Translations under genes and position numbers: made by a program | Shown: piece after piece, positions 13,108 to 25,975 of the stretch | Position numbering within the stretch: position 1 is the stretch's first letter | Layout of the letters: the number at the start of each line of letters is the position of its first letter | Source of the DNA: Eledone cirrhosa | Taxonomy: Eukaryota | Direction of reading: 5' to 3' | DNA length: 64,000 bases | Assembly: GCA_964016885.1 (NCBI GenBank) | Contig: OZ024743.1 | Coordinates: forward strand, 180,234,001-180,298,000 | The notes under the pieces: model-generated | What the model was told of the DNA's origin: nothing | Database searches by the model: none | Seen by the model: only the letters and a program-made list of their open reading frames with translations

Positions 13108-13167
13108 AAATATAACAATATATATGTATATATATATATATTGGAAACTCTGCTTCGTAGAATCGAC

Positions 13168-13260
13168 ACGTATCTGAGGACCTTGCGATTTCAGAGTCAG
13201 GTTCAATCATTACATCGATCGTGCCTCGAGCTGGTCGCCAGAGAAACGATTGTAATATGT
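13168..13260 (+). ncRNA. Solo type I hammerhead ribozyme (pLTR fragment 13141-13315)
   Basis: ACGTAT-CTGAGGA-c-CTtGCGAT..GTCGCcAG-a-GAAA-CGATTG-TA-ATATGT; GUA triplet; followed by AATAAA. Confidence 0.8.
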
Positions 13261-13315
13261 CTAATAAATTTTATTCGGCGCAACACTGATTCTCCGTTTC
13301 TTATGTGATATTGTG

Positions 13316-13347
<32 letters not shown>

Positions 13348-13419
13348 AGATTTAACAATATGTAGATTTAACAATTCACTGCTCGCAAGTGTTTTTTAAG
13401 CTTCATATCATGTCTCCCT

Positions 13420-13487
13420 ATTTTATCTGATGAGAACGCAAATATTATCCCATGATGATATTTTTTTTGAAATGCGCATAATAAAAT
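13420..13487 (+). ncRNA. Solo type I hammerhead ribozyme (pLTR fragment 13376-13522; same family as 58888-58959)
   Basis: ATTTTAT-CTGATGA-..AATATTATC-ccat-GATGATATT..-GAAA-TGCGCA-TA-ATAAAAT; palindromic ATGCGCAT; AUA triplet. Confidence 0.85.
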
Positions 13488-13516
13488 TATGGAACTCTTT
13501 TACCATCTTTTGATCT

Positions 13517-13577
<61 letters not shown>

Positions 13578-14422
13578 TTCACATACATATTTCAATATAG
13601 ATATATACATACAGTGGCGGCATGGGTCTCAAAATATGGGATACCAGGAGATGAAGGGGGCCCACCTACATATAGAATGCTATACTTTTGTAGCTGTCTC
13701 GGCGGCATAGTTGGAGTAATCATAGACGGTGATGATCCTGGTCTGAAGTTCGATCATGGTCAGGAGTAGGGTTCCTGGCAAACCTTTTCAGTTTTTTTCT
13801 ATGGGATGTAAAATAAAAACTGAAAAAAAGATTACATGTACCGCTTGACCAGGATTGAACCAAAGGCCAGGATCTCCACCGTCTCTAGTACCTACCGCTA
13901 TACCAGTGAGACAACAAAACATCTTACGACAATTCATACTTATAAACCTACTATTAAAATTTTCAAAATGAAATCATGTGGTGTTGTTCATGTCTTTCTT
14001 AATGTTATTGCTCCTACTTAAGGTTGACTTCTAAATCATTTGGGTGTTCCATAAACTACACCCTCTATTTGTTTCGCATCTATCTAGACTATATTTTAAC
14101 ATGTAATCCATGTTTTATTTCTGTTGCACCTCATTTCTCCACCCACCCTCTCTCTCTCTCTATGATATTTGAATCTACTGTGATTTGGACTTAACTTATT
14201 CATAAATATATGTTTTGCATGTCAGTTAGATTCAAACTTACAGTGATTGGTATCATATAAATGGCATGGTGAACTAACTGTTGTGTTACTACTTTATATA
14301 TATATATACATATATAGTTAAGTATTGAAGTTTCCGTTGAAAATTGAAAAGGTTATAGGAGTGAAGAGTGCTCTATGTAAGTACCAGAGCTAATTTTAAT
14401 GTATAATAAACAATACAATATA

Positions 14423-14498
14423 ATTACCTCATTACCAGAGGTTTCCCGAATAAGACGAATACAAAAAACGTCCTCATTCGTTCATCGGACAAGGCAAT
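14423..14498 (-). ncRNA. Type I hammerhead variant with CCGAUGA core
   Basis: ATTGCCTTGT-CCGATGA-a-CGAATGAGGACG..CGTCTTATTCG-g-GAAA-CCTCTGG-TA-ATGAGGTAAT; 10-bp stem I including GU pairs. Confidence 0.8.
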
Positions 14499-16868
14499 TT
14501 AAAACAGTGAAATATTTGAAAGATCTCCTCAAGAAAGGCAAAAGTTTAACGGACAATAACATTTATAAATAAAAGTAATGCAAGAGATATATATAAAAAA
14601 AGGAAATATAGTTAGCGTATGTGTATAAATGTGTGTATATTCACTCACAAATGTACATATGTGTGTATGTACAAATGCATGTGTATAGTGAAAATGTGTG
14701 CGTAAGTACATATATCAGGGCAAGCATATCAGTGTATGTGTGACAACAAATACGTATATAATATAAGTTGAAAAAGAAATTGTAAGATAATATAGTTAAC
14801 ATACATCCAGACTCAGGTATTAAATATATACACATACAAGTATGAAAGCACGCGTATAAACACACACACACGCGCGATCACATATATGCGAATGATATAC
14901 AGGGAAGGGAGTGTATTAGTCAAAGGAGTGTCAGTCTGAGGGGGCGATATATATATAAAAATGAAACAATATATGAGAATGAAAAAAATGTTTAAATCAA
15001 AGAGAAAGTAAGAGGGAGGGGTTATCAATTATAAATTAACACTAGACAAAAAGAAAACAAACATATGTTCGTACGTACACACATATATATATATAAATAT
15101 ATATATATATAAATACGTACAGACAAAAACACATACATGCGTACGTATATACAGAGGCGCGCATACATACACACGAAGCACTTATATATATATCGGCACA
15201 TGTATATCTAATCACACGTACGTATGCGACTATATATATATATATATATACATATACACACATATATGCACATACATACATATATATATATACATACATA
15301 CATATACACATACATTCACCCATACACACACACACGTATATATAAGTATGTAGAAAACATAGATATAAAAACATACATACACACACATATATATACACAC
15401 TCACGCACACATACGGAGGCGTTCGTATACATATACAGAATGCATACACACACATGCACACTCACACGCATAGATACAAATTATAAACCAGCCGTCTGAA
15501 TAAATGAGTACAAATATAAAAGCGGCGGCGAAACAACAGCATATATCTGGAGTTGAAAACGCAAGTGACATGTGATATCAAGTAGTGAAAGATAATGGGG
15601 AAGTAAAATGTGGAATTGTGAAGATATTAGGTAAGTGAATCAAAAAGTAGGGAACGGGGCCCACTGGTGGATGTGAAGTAAAAATAAAAATAAAAATAAA
15701 AATAAAAATAAAGTTCAAAATAAAAGTAAATCAGAAAGAGAAGGCTGTAAAGAGGATAGTTTAAGGAAAGTGAAGAACAAAAGTTTATGGAGGATAAGTA
15801 TCTGAAAGTGAGTTAAGTTTATATGAGCTGGAAAGCAAGTGGAATTTCATGTGTGGGCAACTGGTGAAATTTTCGGTTTTTGCATTTAGGCAGGTTTTTG
15901 GTGATTTAAGGTTTTGTAAAATCCAATATTTTTCGCTTATGCAGAGTGTGCATATTCTTGTTCCTCTTGCATATTCTTTAGATTGGTTCAAAATTGACCA
16001 ATCAAATTTATATTGGATACCTTGGTCTTTCAAATCCCATATTCTGCTAGCCAAAGCTGTTGTAAATCTTTTTTCTGGATGTCGGAAAGATGCGACATGT
16101 GAGTAATAACGCGTTTTGAATTTGTCTTGTGTCATACCCACATATCGTTCGCTGATGGCTGGTAGGTTGTTGCTGATGGTTGTCACTTTAGCCGCATATA
16201 CAATGGCTTTGGTGTTGCATTTACCTTGTAATGGGCATTCACTTTTGACTCTACAGGAGCAATGTTGGTGTTCTCTGGGTGTTTTATTATTGAGGATATA
16301 AAACCTGCCTAAATGCAAAAACAGAAATTTTCACCAGTTGCTCACACATGAAATCACACTTGCTTTCCAGCTCATATAAACTTAACTCACTTTCAGATAC
16401 TTATCCTCCATAAACTCTTGTTCTTCACTTTCCTTAAATTAACCTCTTTACAGACTTCTCTTTCTGAATTACTTTTATTTTGAACATTATTTTTATTTAT
16501 ACTTCACATCCACCAGTGACCGCCCACCCACCCTTACTTTTTGATTCACTTACCTATTATCTTCACAATTCCACATTTTACTTCCCCATTTTCTTTCACT
16601 ACTTGATATCACATGTCACTTGCGTTTTCAACTCCAGATATATTCTGTTGTTTCGCAGCCGCTTTTATATTTGTACTCATTTATTCAGACGGCTGGTTTA
16701 TAATTTGTATCAATGCGTGTGAGTGTGCATGTGTGTGTATGCGTTCTGTATATGTATACGAATGCCTCCGTATGTGTGCGTGTATAAATGTGTCTGTATG
16801 TGTATTTTTATATCTATGTTTTTTACATACTTATATAACGTGTGTGTATGTATGTGTATGCATGTGTG

Positions 16869-16915
<47 letters not shown>

Positions 16916-17640
16916 GCGTACGTACGTGTGATTAGATATACATGTGCCGATATATATATAAGTGCTTCGTGTGTATGTATGCGCGCCTCTGTATATATGT
17001 ACGCATGTATGTGTTTTTGTCTGTACGTATTTATATATATATATATTTATATATATATGTGTGTACGTACGAACATATGTTTGTTTTCTTTTTGTCTAGT
17101 GTTAATTTATAATTGATAACCCCTCCCTCTTACTTTCTCTTTGATTTAAACATTTTTTTCATTCTCATATATTGTTTCATTTTTATACATATATCGCGCC
17201 TCAGACTGACACTCCTTTGTCTAATACAATCCCTTCCCTGTATCATTCGCATATATGTGATCGCGCGCGTGTGTGTGTGTTTATACGCGTGCTTTCATAC
17301 TTGTATGTGTATATATTTAATACCTGAGTCTGGATGTATGTTAACTATATTATCTTACAATTTCTTTTTCAACTTATATTATATACGTATTTGTGGTCAC
17401 ACATACACTGATATGCTTGCCCTGATATATGTACTTACGCACACATTTTCACTATACACATGCATTTGTACATACACACATATGTACATTTGTGAGTGAA
17501 TATACACACATTTATACACATACCCTAACTATATTTCCTTTTTTTTTATATATCTCTTGCATTACTTTTATTTATAAATTTCATTGTCCGTTAAACTTTT
17601 GTCTTTCTTGAGATTTCTGAAATATTTCACTATGTTTTAA

Positions 17641-17716
17641 ATTGCCTTGTCCGATGAACGAATGAGGGCGTTTTTTGTATACGTCTTATTCGGGAAACCT
17701 CTGGTAATGAGATAAT
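17641..17716 (+). ncRNA. Type I hammerhead variant with CCGAUGA core (inverted partner of 14423-14498)
   Basis: Same motif on the + strand. Confidence 0.78.
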
Positions 17717-17738
17717 TATATTGTATTGTTTATTATAC

Positions 17739-17773
<35 letters not shown>

Positions 17774-18047
17774 CGAAGGAAGTGTGGTAACAAGGTTGAT
17801 ATATATATATAATACATATACATATATCCATATATGCATATATTATTAATTGAATTCCACTTACATTATAAATTTCACTGTACTTTTTGCTTTCAATATT
17901 GTCCACAAATCAAACACATTTCGGCCAAGGAATTTGGTGGAATAACAAATATAAATGTATAAGAACACATTATATGCTATATATATTTATATATATATTT
18001 TTATACGTGCGTATGTATATACACACACACATACACACATATATATG

Positions 18048-18082
<35 letters not shown>

Positions 18083-19140
18083 GTATATATATCTGTGTGT
18101 GTGTGTATGTGTGTGTGTACGTGCGTGTGCACGTGTGTGTGTGTGCGTGTGCATGTGTGTGTGTATGTGTGTGTTTGTATACATATATATATATATGTGT
18201 GTTTGTTTGCAAAAAGTAAACGGAAAAATCAAAGCAAACGATATATATATATAATACATATACATATATCCATATGTATTGAGGTTTTTTTTCCTTTTCT
18301 TTTTCAATGTGAAGTTGTGATGTTAACATACCTTTCTAGAGCCCCTCATAATATTAATTCCAAAAGAGAAAAGAAAACCAATGTAATGAATATACATTCT
18401 CCCCACTCGATGTGCGCCATTTACTTTACGATTCTTTCTGGCCTTAGCTGGATGTGAAATCCCAGCTTTAATGATTCCGTCAATGCACGCAGCCCCCATT
18501 TTCCATTATTTTCAATTCATTATGAATTTCATTGTGGAAATTCGTAAAAATATTATGAGAATTTTCTTTTATATAAACCCCACTGAACGAGGTTTATATC
18601 ATGACAGTTGCAATGACACTTCATTTAGAATTAATCCTCCTATAATTCAAGCCCACCTGAGGCGTACTTCCGCTATCTGTTCAATCAGCGAAAGCTCAGC
18701 TGCAAAACAGCAAGAATTTACCACTGCTGGTGCACAAAATTTTCTCTAATTATCTTATCAACTAATATATTAGAAATGTCTGCAATATAACGTTAACTGA
18801 AGAGGAAACTGTATATCAAGGATAACTGAAATTAAAGAATCCTGTCTCTCACACACACACGCAAATTACATCATTCGTCCTCATGATGTAGAGAAATCTG
18901 TTCTTATATGTCTCCTAAAAAAGGCTACCTGCTAAATAAAAATGTTAAATGCAATCTCATCAGAGATAAATTATCACTTATTTCCTATTTTAAAATGATT
19001 GACGTAAAAATGTTTCTAGCTAGAATTAATTTGGCTTCTAAATAGCAATTTCCAATTCCTTAATAGTTATTATATTATTAGCAACCAACAAACCAACCAA
19101 AATACAGAGTGGCTAGAACAAAGCTCATCTGATCACTTAC

Positions 19141-19373
19141 ACTAGTTGGCAAGCATTCAGAATAACAAAATATCCGATTGGTACAGTCGAAGATTATATT
19201 ATCCATGCGGTGCATAGAACACACTTCCACCCCGATTTTAAATACTTATGGCAATATTTTACCAACAAGATTATGTAATACACATAGATTCATAAATATA
19301 GTTACAACTATAGTAGGTTCGTATAAGTCGGACATTAGAAACGTCACAATGAACCTGCTGGTAGAATTCTTTT
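19141..19373 (-). pseudogene. Possible decayed exon, ionotropic glutamate receptor ATD-like
   Basis: ttccAG acceptor and GTAAGT donor flank a frame with one stop containing MHRMDNIIFDC, similar to the kainate receptor ATD motif VIFDC. Confidence 0.25.
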
Positions 19374-19762
19374 CTGGAAAATTGATGTGAGCAGATGACT
19401 TGGAGACTAAACTCCACAATCAAAGATGTTCTTGGAGGTGACACCCGGTTGGAGGCAGGGGAAATTTAAAGGGAAATGAAGAAGAAGTAGAAGAAGCATG
19501 TCATACTAAATCCCCCTGCGAATTACATTAGAGTTGCACATACATGTGGAGTGCTCGGCCCCTTATACGTTAATTAAGTTGTTCCGTTGATCGAAGCACT
19601 GGCAGACTCATGTCGAACGCAAGAGAGATCCATTTAATTCCCTTCCACAAAGATAGACACATGACTTTTGTCTTTTCTGATTTGTCTGTACATCACAGCC
19701 ACTTATTTATGTATTACATTTATTCACACTTATGACAGTATGATCTGCTGAAAACAAAATTA

Positions 19763-20081
19763 TACTCTCAAATAATAGGTGAGGGGTTGGAATAAACGGT
19801 CATTTTTCTAGGTTGTTTCTGCTAATATTTAAAAAGAAACTAGAATTAGTCGTTTAGTTTACATACTGAGCCGCCCTAATCCAACCTATTTATTTTATAA
19901 CGTATCGGATTTCTAGTAATGCACATTTGTCGTAATCTATAATGTCTAAAGAAAATTAATTGTCGCAGGAATGCTACCACATAAAATAAAATTTTGCCGG
20001 GGATAGATTAGCAAAATTTAATAAGCGGTGGGGGGATCTGAAAAATTAATAAACGGAGGTGGACGATTATTCGAGAAAGTA
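19763..20081. mobile_element. Putative MITE with degenerate TIRs
   Basis: TACTCTCAAATAAT... versus ...ATTATTCGAGAAAGTA; subterminal AATAAACGG repeats. Confidence 0.4.
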
Positions 20082-20159
20082 CCGAAAGTACTTTATGAGA
20101 TCTTTTGCAATGCCCGTCAGTTATTCTCAACGTGTGAGAGACAATATCACTTCACGCAT

Positions 20160-20380
20160 CTTTTCCTTTTCCAACGATATTAGAGCGTCAAATACCATGC
20201 TTTGCAGCATAGAGTTATGTCCTTTTACGTTCTGAGTTCAAATCCCGCCGAGGTTAGCTTTTCCTTTCATCCTTATGGGGTCGATAAAATAAAGTATCAG
20301 TAAGCACTGGGATCGATTTAATCGACTTTCCCCCACCCCATCAAATTGCTGGCATTGTGCCTAAAGTAGAAACAATTATT
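20160..20380 (+). mobile_element. tRNA-derived SINE, family 1 (octopus-type)
   Basis: B-box GAGTTCAAATCC followed by CTTTCATCCTT..GGGGTCGATAAAATAAAGTA; about 10 copies in the window. Confidence 0.8.
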
Positions 20381-20843
20381 GATATATTCAGTAACACAAG
20401 CATAATATACAAACAATCACACATTATGTTTAAAAGTGTACGTTGCTAAAATATATTTGTAAACCAAATCAAACTATGTAATTTCGATATTCAATCAGAA
20501 ACATTTTCTATATTATATTTTAGTCAACAGGAGTACCTGGGGGTTAATTTTAGTAGCTCGTAAAATTATCTATTCCATTCCAATACAATTAAAATTAATT
20601 TAAAAAAAAAAAAATCACAAAATCTATATTTCAATATATGTGAATTTTCGGTGTTAATATTTACAATTCCACCATGGAAAACATAATGCTTGACTTTGAA
20701 CACAATAGACAGACTCACATATTGACTCACTACAAACAAAGCACATGATGTTCTCTTCCTTTGTATATCTTTCTTTTTCTCTCTATCACACTCGTTCTCT
20801 CTCTCTCTATCACACTCATTCTCTCTCTCCTTCTATCTATCTA

Positions 20844-20887
<44 letters not shown>

Positions 20888-20921
20888 CATATATATATAT
20901 GTGTGTGTGTGTGTGGTGTGT

Positions 20922-20995
<74 letters not shown>

Positions 20996-21328
20996 CGTTA
21001 AACAGAAATAATAAAGCAAGCGACATAGTACATTAAAGAAATATATTTGTTTATCATTTGGAATAGCAGGAAAAGAGGATTAACGTTTTGAAACCTGGTC
21101 CTTTATCAGAAGAGTTAGAAATAAAAGATAATATATATATATATATACCTCTCTCTCTCTCATCTATCATTTTATCTGAATAATCCATTGGCTATGATAT
21201 TTTGTTTCACCTCCTTCCACACTTTTCACTGCACCCACATATTCACCCCACCGATCGTATGTGTGCTTCTACCAATATAGGTTTGTGCGCCTGCGTGTAG
21301 GTATATATACATATATATACATACATAT

Positions 21329-21359
<31 letters not shown>

Positions 21360-21469
21360 ATAATAATAATAAATTTGAAGACTAAAATAGAAAGAGGGCT
21401 CGATAAGGATAAATATATATCAAATATATAAGAACCGTAGAGCAAATATTTATTAAAATAACAGATTAA

Positions 21470-21520
21470 AGTTTAAGCAAAGAACCGGTGCTTTCGCCCT
21501 TAACGGGATCTTCTGAAACT
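21470..21520 (-). ncRNA. Hammerhead variant with CAGAAGA core
   Basis: AGTTT-CAGAAGA-t-CCC-gttaa-GGG-c-GAAA-GCA..TGC-TT-AAACT. Confidence 0.6.
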
Positions 21521-22195
21521 AAAAAAAAAATCAATCTATGAACGCAGAAGTAAATATTTCGAAAAACGTTGCAACCGAAGGAAGAGAGGAAGACGATACT
21601 TTGGTTCGTGGAAACGTTCCCTGGCAAAGATCGTAAAAACATGAAGATAATACGTCATTATTAGGAGCGGTGAAAACAATTACACGCAAAAATAAAACCA
21701 CGTTTATGGTATAAATGAAGTTGTAGACTAATATTCTATTAGGTGGTTCTTGGAGACGTTCTCTGGCAATGAACTGAAAAAACGAAGATAATACGTCACT
21801 ATGTGGAACGTGAGAACAATTACACGCAAAGACAAAACCACGTTTATAGTATAACTGAAGTCGTAGACTAAAATTCTATTTAGGAAACCCAATGATTCTC
21901 GGCTTCAGAGTTAAGAATAATGTAAATAAATTACATAGGTAATTGAAATCAACAAAAAATAAATATATACATGCACGCATCCATATACGTACATACACAT
22001 GCCTACGACTTCAGTTATACCATAAACCTGGTTTTGTCTTTGCGTGTAATTGTTCTCATAATGACGTATTATCTTCGTTTTTTTCCGTTATTTGCCAGGG
22101 AACGTCTCCACGAACCAAAGTATCGTCTTCCTGTCTTCCTTCGGTTGCAACGTGTTTCGAAATATTTACTTCTGCGTTCACAGATTGATTTTTTT

Positions 22196-22246
22196 AGTTT
22201 CAGAAGATCCCGGTAAGGGTGAAAGCAGCGATTCTTTGCTTAAACT
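22196..22246 (+). ncRNA. Hammerhead variant with CAGAAGA core (partner copy)
   Basis: AGTTT-CAGAAGA-t-CCC-ggtaa-GGG-t-GAAA-GCA..TGC-TT-AAACT. Confidence 0.6.
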
Positions 22247-22909
22247 TCAATCTGTTATTTTAATTAATAAATATATATATATATATATATATATACATAC
22301 ATATACATATATATATACACGCATACAAATATATATACATATATAAACTTACATGTGTGATGTGTGTATGTGAGTATGTGTAAGTATGTATATGAATGTA
22401 TATGTGGAGAATGTACATGAATATATGTGTGTGTCAGCATGTGTTCCTACAAACCACAATTCGAACAAATTGAAACATATCCACTGAGGAGATTGCAAGT
22501 TACAAATGTTTCACTTGTTAGTCGACTGTGTCACTTACCTAACATAGCAAAACAGAGTAAATAAGATTATGAAGCGTAAACTGTACACTTATAATTTGAA
22601 ATTAATAAGACTATAAAGTATTAAATTATGCCTAATTAATGTATCATGATTTCAAAGCTGTGAATTATATGATTATTATATATTATATACTTTAGTGGCT
22701 AAGGTGATAAATTGTTACCGTCGTATTGAGGGGTCTGTGATATTCTTTCCGAACCCGTGCACTCAGTTTTCAAATCATCTTGGCGTCTACACATAGGGGT
22801 AATTATACGAACATGGAGCAGCACGTGTAAAAAGTAATTAGCCAATGTTATCAGTTATAAATTTTTGAGGGAACATGTACACTTTTTATTCAAAGAATAA
22901 CTCATAGGT

Positions 22910-23070
22910 ATATATTTATGTATAGATATATTGTATGTATAGATGTATGTTAATATTTATGTATAGATATATTGTATGCATAGATGTATGTTAATATTTA
23001 TGTATAGAAGTAGGTATAGATGTATGTTCAGATTTATGTATAGAAGTATGTATAGATGTAGGTTTATATA
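22910..23070. repeat. ~37-41-bp AT-rich minisatellite, about 4 copies
   Basis: ATATTTATGTATAGATATATTGTATGTATAGATGTATGTTA units. Confidence 0.8.
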
Positions 23071-23694
23071 GATGGATGAATCTGTAAATTATTTAGTAGT
23101 TAAACGTCTTCATGACTTTATTTTTGCAACAATTATATATCGCATTTTTTCACTCTCTGCAATTTCACAAATTCAAAATATATAAATATAAAAATACAGT
23201 GTTTTATCCTTCGTTTGGATGCTAATGCTAATTATATTTGATGACATCATTTACATTTTATGCTGAATTATGACAAATTTGCCAAGTGAGATCGCAAATG
23301 AAATATATAATACGTGAATGTCACTATCATCGTTAAACAAATGTAGAGAAAGTTAATGAAATACTATCCGAGTGATTAATGTTCGTATTTTACGATCTGT
23401 TTTTATTCATTTCAGTGAAAACAGTGTTTTAAAATAATTTGTTTGCTTCAGTAATATCATCAACAAACATCTGTTTGTCAAGAAAGCAATAATTCCGTAT
23501 AGCTGATAATGAAATAATTTTAATCAGAAACCTAATAAATCAAATATGTGCACAGTTCCTACTGTCATCTTAAGAGACATCTGGGAAATATTGAAATTGT
23601 ATAGTCATATAGTTAGTTTTTAAAATTTTCTTCTATTTCAGTCAGCAAACAATTTTATGTAGATATATGTATATAAACACATACAAATAGAGAC

Positions 23695-23754
<60 letters not shown>

Positions 23755-23788
23755 ATATATGCATATATATATGTGTATATATATATAT

Positions 23789-23840
<52 letters not shown>

Positions 23841-24559
23841 GTGCTTATATGTACATATATATATATACATTAATATATATATATATATATAAATTCTTAT
23901 ACATGTGTAAGTGTGTGTGTGTGTGTGTATGTGTGTACAGTCAATTTTAAAAGAACCTAGCCAAATCATATAATATTTATAACACTCACTGAAGTGCATA
24001 AATCTGAATTGAAATTGTATAACAGTTACTGACACTCACCTCTCTTATATTACTAGCAGCGAGCATATAGGGTTTCATATGAATTCATTTATACATTGAC
24101 ACTGAAACACGTTCCTGTTGTAGAATACTGGTAATCGAAGAATAAACGAATCAAATAACTATATTCAAACCCCAAATCAACAACTGGTTAGAACTAAATA
24201 ACCAGTGACTAACATAGACAGACACACTACAGCAGACCATTCCATTTCAAAAATAGATACAATTATAGCTTAGATCAGAAGTCAGCGCTTCCAACGATGG
24301 AAAAGTTCGCCTCATTGAAGTTCAACAATGTGAGCATAAGAGCGACTTAATATATCTTGCTCCGAATTAGATTCCTCGATTATTATTTTGATGAAGGGAT
24401 TTTATCCCGAATTATAAAGGAGTCCAGGTTAACATAACAACATCTTTGTTATCAATATGTTTTTGTCAATTAATGACCCCGTTACATTTTGGTAGTCTCC
24501 TAATGAAACGATATTTTGTACACTTTACATAATGGTTCATTCAAACTACTCCAACCTAT

Positions 24560-24604
<45 letters not shown>

Positions 24605-25698
24605 AAGTGTGAGTGTGTGTCTATGTATGTGTGTGTGTGTCTGTGTCTGTGTGTGTGTGTGTAAAAAATAGTGAACAGAAATAACAAAGCAAATCCCACA
24701 CTACATTGAAGAGAAATTTTAGTTTAACTCTTGAAATAGCATGGAATTAATTTTAATGTTTCGGACATTACAAGATAGAGTTAGAAACAAAAGATGAAAT
24801 GGAAAGATAAAAAGTGAGAATAGGAATAGGCTAAAAATAAACGTACGCATTCAGTCAGCCATTTTGGTGAGAGCGAGTGTGTGTTGTGTATGTGTGTGTG
24901 TTGTGTGTTTGCTTGTGCGTGTATGCGTGTGCTTGCAGATTTATATTTATATAAGGACACACATATGCCTAAAATGTCACCAAATGTTTTTTGTTTTGTT
25001 TTTTTCTAAAGATCTTTTCTTAAAAACGCTCTCAAAAAGGTTATCAAGTACTTTAACAAGTTTGACAACAAAAACTTTCCCGAAAATTTTCAGTAAAACA
25101 TTTCCCAAATATTACAAGCATTTTTCAAAAAGAAAAAAGCAATTTCCAAAAGTATTTTTGAAAATTTTGTGGAGAATTAACCTAAAATTTCATTAAAAGC
25201 TTTCCCAAAACTTTCGTCAAAACTTTTCACTAAATTTTCTTAAAAATTTTATTTAAAAACTTTTCCTAAACATTTCAAGCAATATTTCAAAATAGGAAAA
25301 AAATTCGCAGATTTTCGTCATAAATTTCATCAAACATTCCATGAAAATTTCGTAAAAGTTTCACCAAACGTTTTCAAAAACAATAATTCCCAAAGATGCA
25401 TAAAAAATTTTTTCCAACATTTCATTAAAAATTCTCCCTCAAATTTTCCCAAATATTTCATCAAAAAATTTCATTTATAATTTCTCGCAGAAATTTTATT
25501 AAAAGAACTCGTAAAAGTTTTCTTCAAAGTTCAGGCAAAATTTCAGAAAGTTTTCCCTCAAGAATATCACTAAATATGTTTCTCTGCAAAATGTCAGACC
25601 CATTCTATAGATAATCGTGAAGTCTTTAACTGCCTCACTTTCAAAGAAACATTATGTATCGCAAACATTATAGTATCAACAGATTTGACAGTAGCAAT

Positions 25699-25975
25699 GA
25701 TACAGCGATAGTATGTCAGGTTCATACAAGTTATGCAGCAGTAGTTAAGCAGTTACAGGAGGGACTCTAGCAAAGATACAGCGATAGTATGTCAGGTTCA
25801 TACAAGTTATGCTGCAGTAGTTAAGCAGTTACAGGGGGGACTCTAGCAAAGATACAGCGGTTGTGCGTCAGGTTCATACAAGTTATGCCGCAGTAATTAA
25901 GTGGTTAAAGATAGAGTGGTTGTACGTCAGATTGACACAAATCAGGTGTCTGTAGTTAAGCTACAGTTACAGCGA
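25699..25975. repeat. 76-bp tandem repeat, about 3.5 copies
   Basis: GATACAGCG..GTCAGGTTCATACAAGTTATGC..GTAGT at 25699, 25775 and 25851; decayed fourth copy. Confidence 0.9.

Larger units (their letters stand above)
14320..17742 (-). mobile_element. Heavily 5'-truncated Hydra-like PLE (EN only) with ~1.45-kb inverted pLTR
   Basis: GIY-YIG frame 15785-~16299 (CSCRVKSECPLQGKC, YVGMT, CTLC); 14397-15898 is inverted relative to 16300-17742. Confidence 0.9.
21380..22270. mobile_element. Non-coding inverted pair of pLTR-like repeats with an internal tandem duplication
   Basis: 21450-21727 is inverted relative to 22002-22266; ~140-bp unit repeated at 21600-21740 and 21745-21880; (TA)n flanks. Confidence 0.75.

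Noticed and set aside
25699-25975. CRISPR-like array
   Set aside because: Whole units repeat without unique spacers in a eukaryotic context; an ordinary minisatellite
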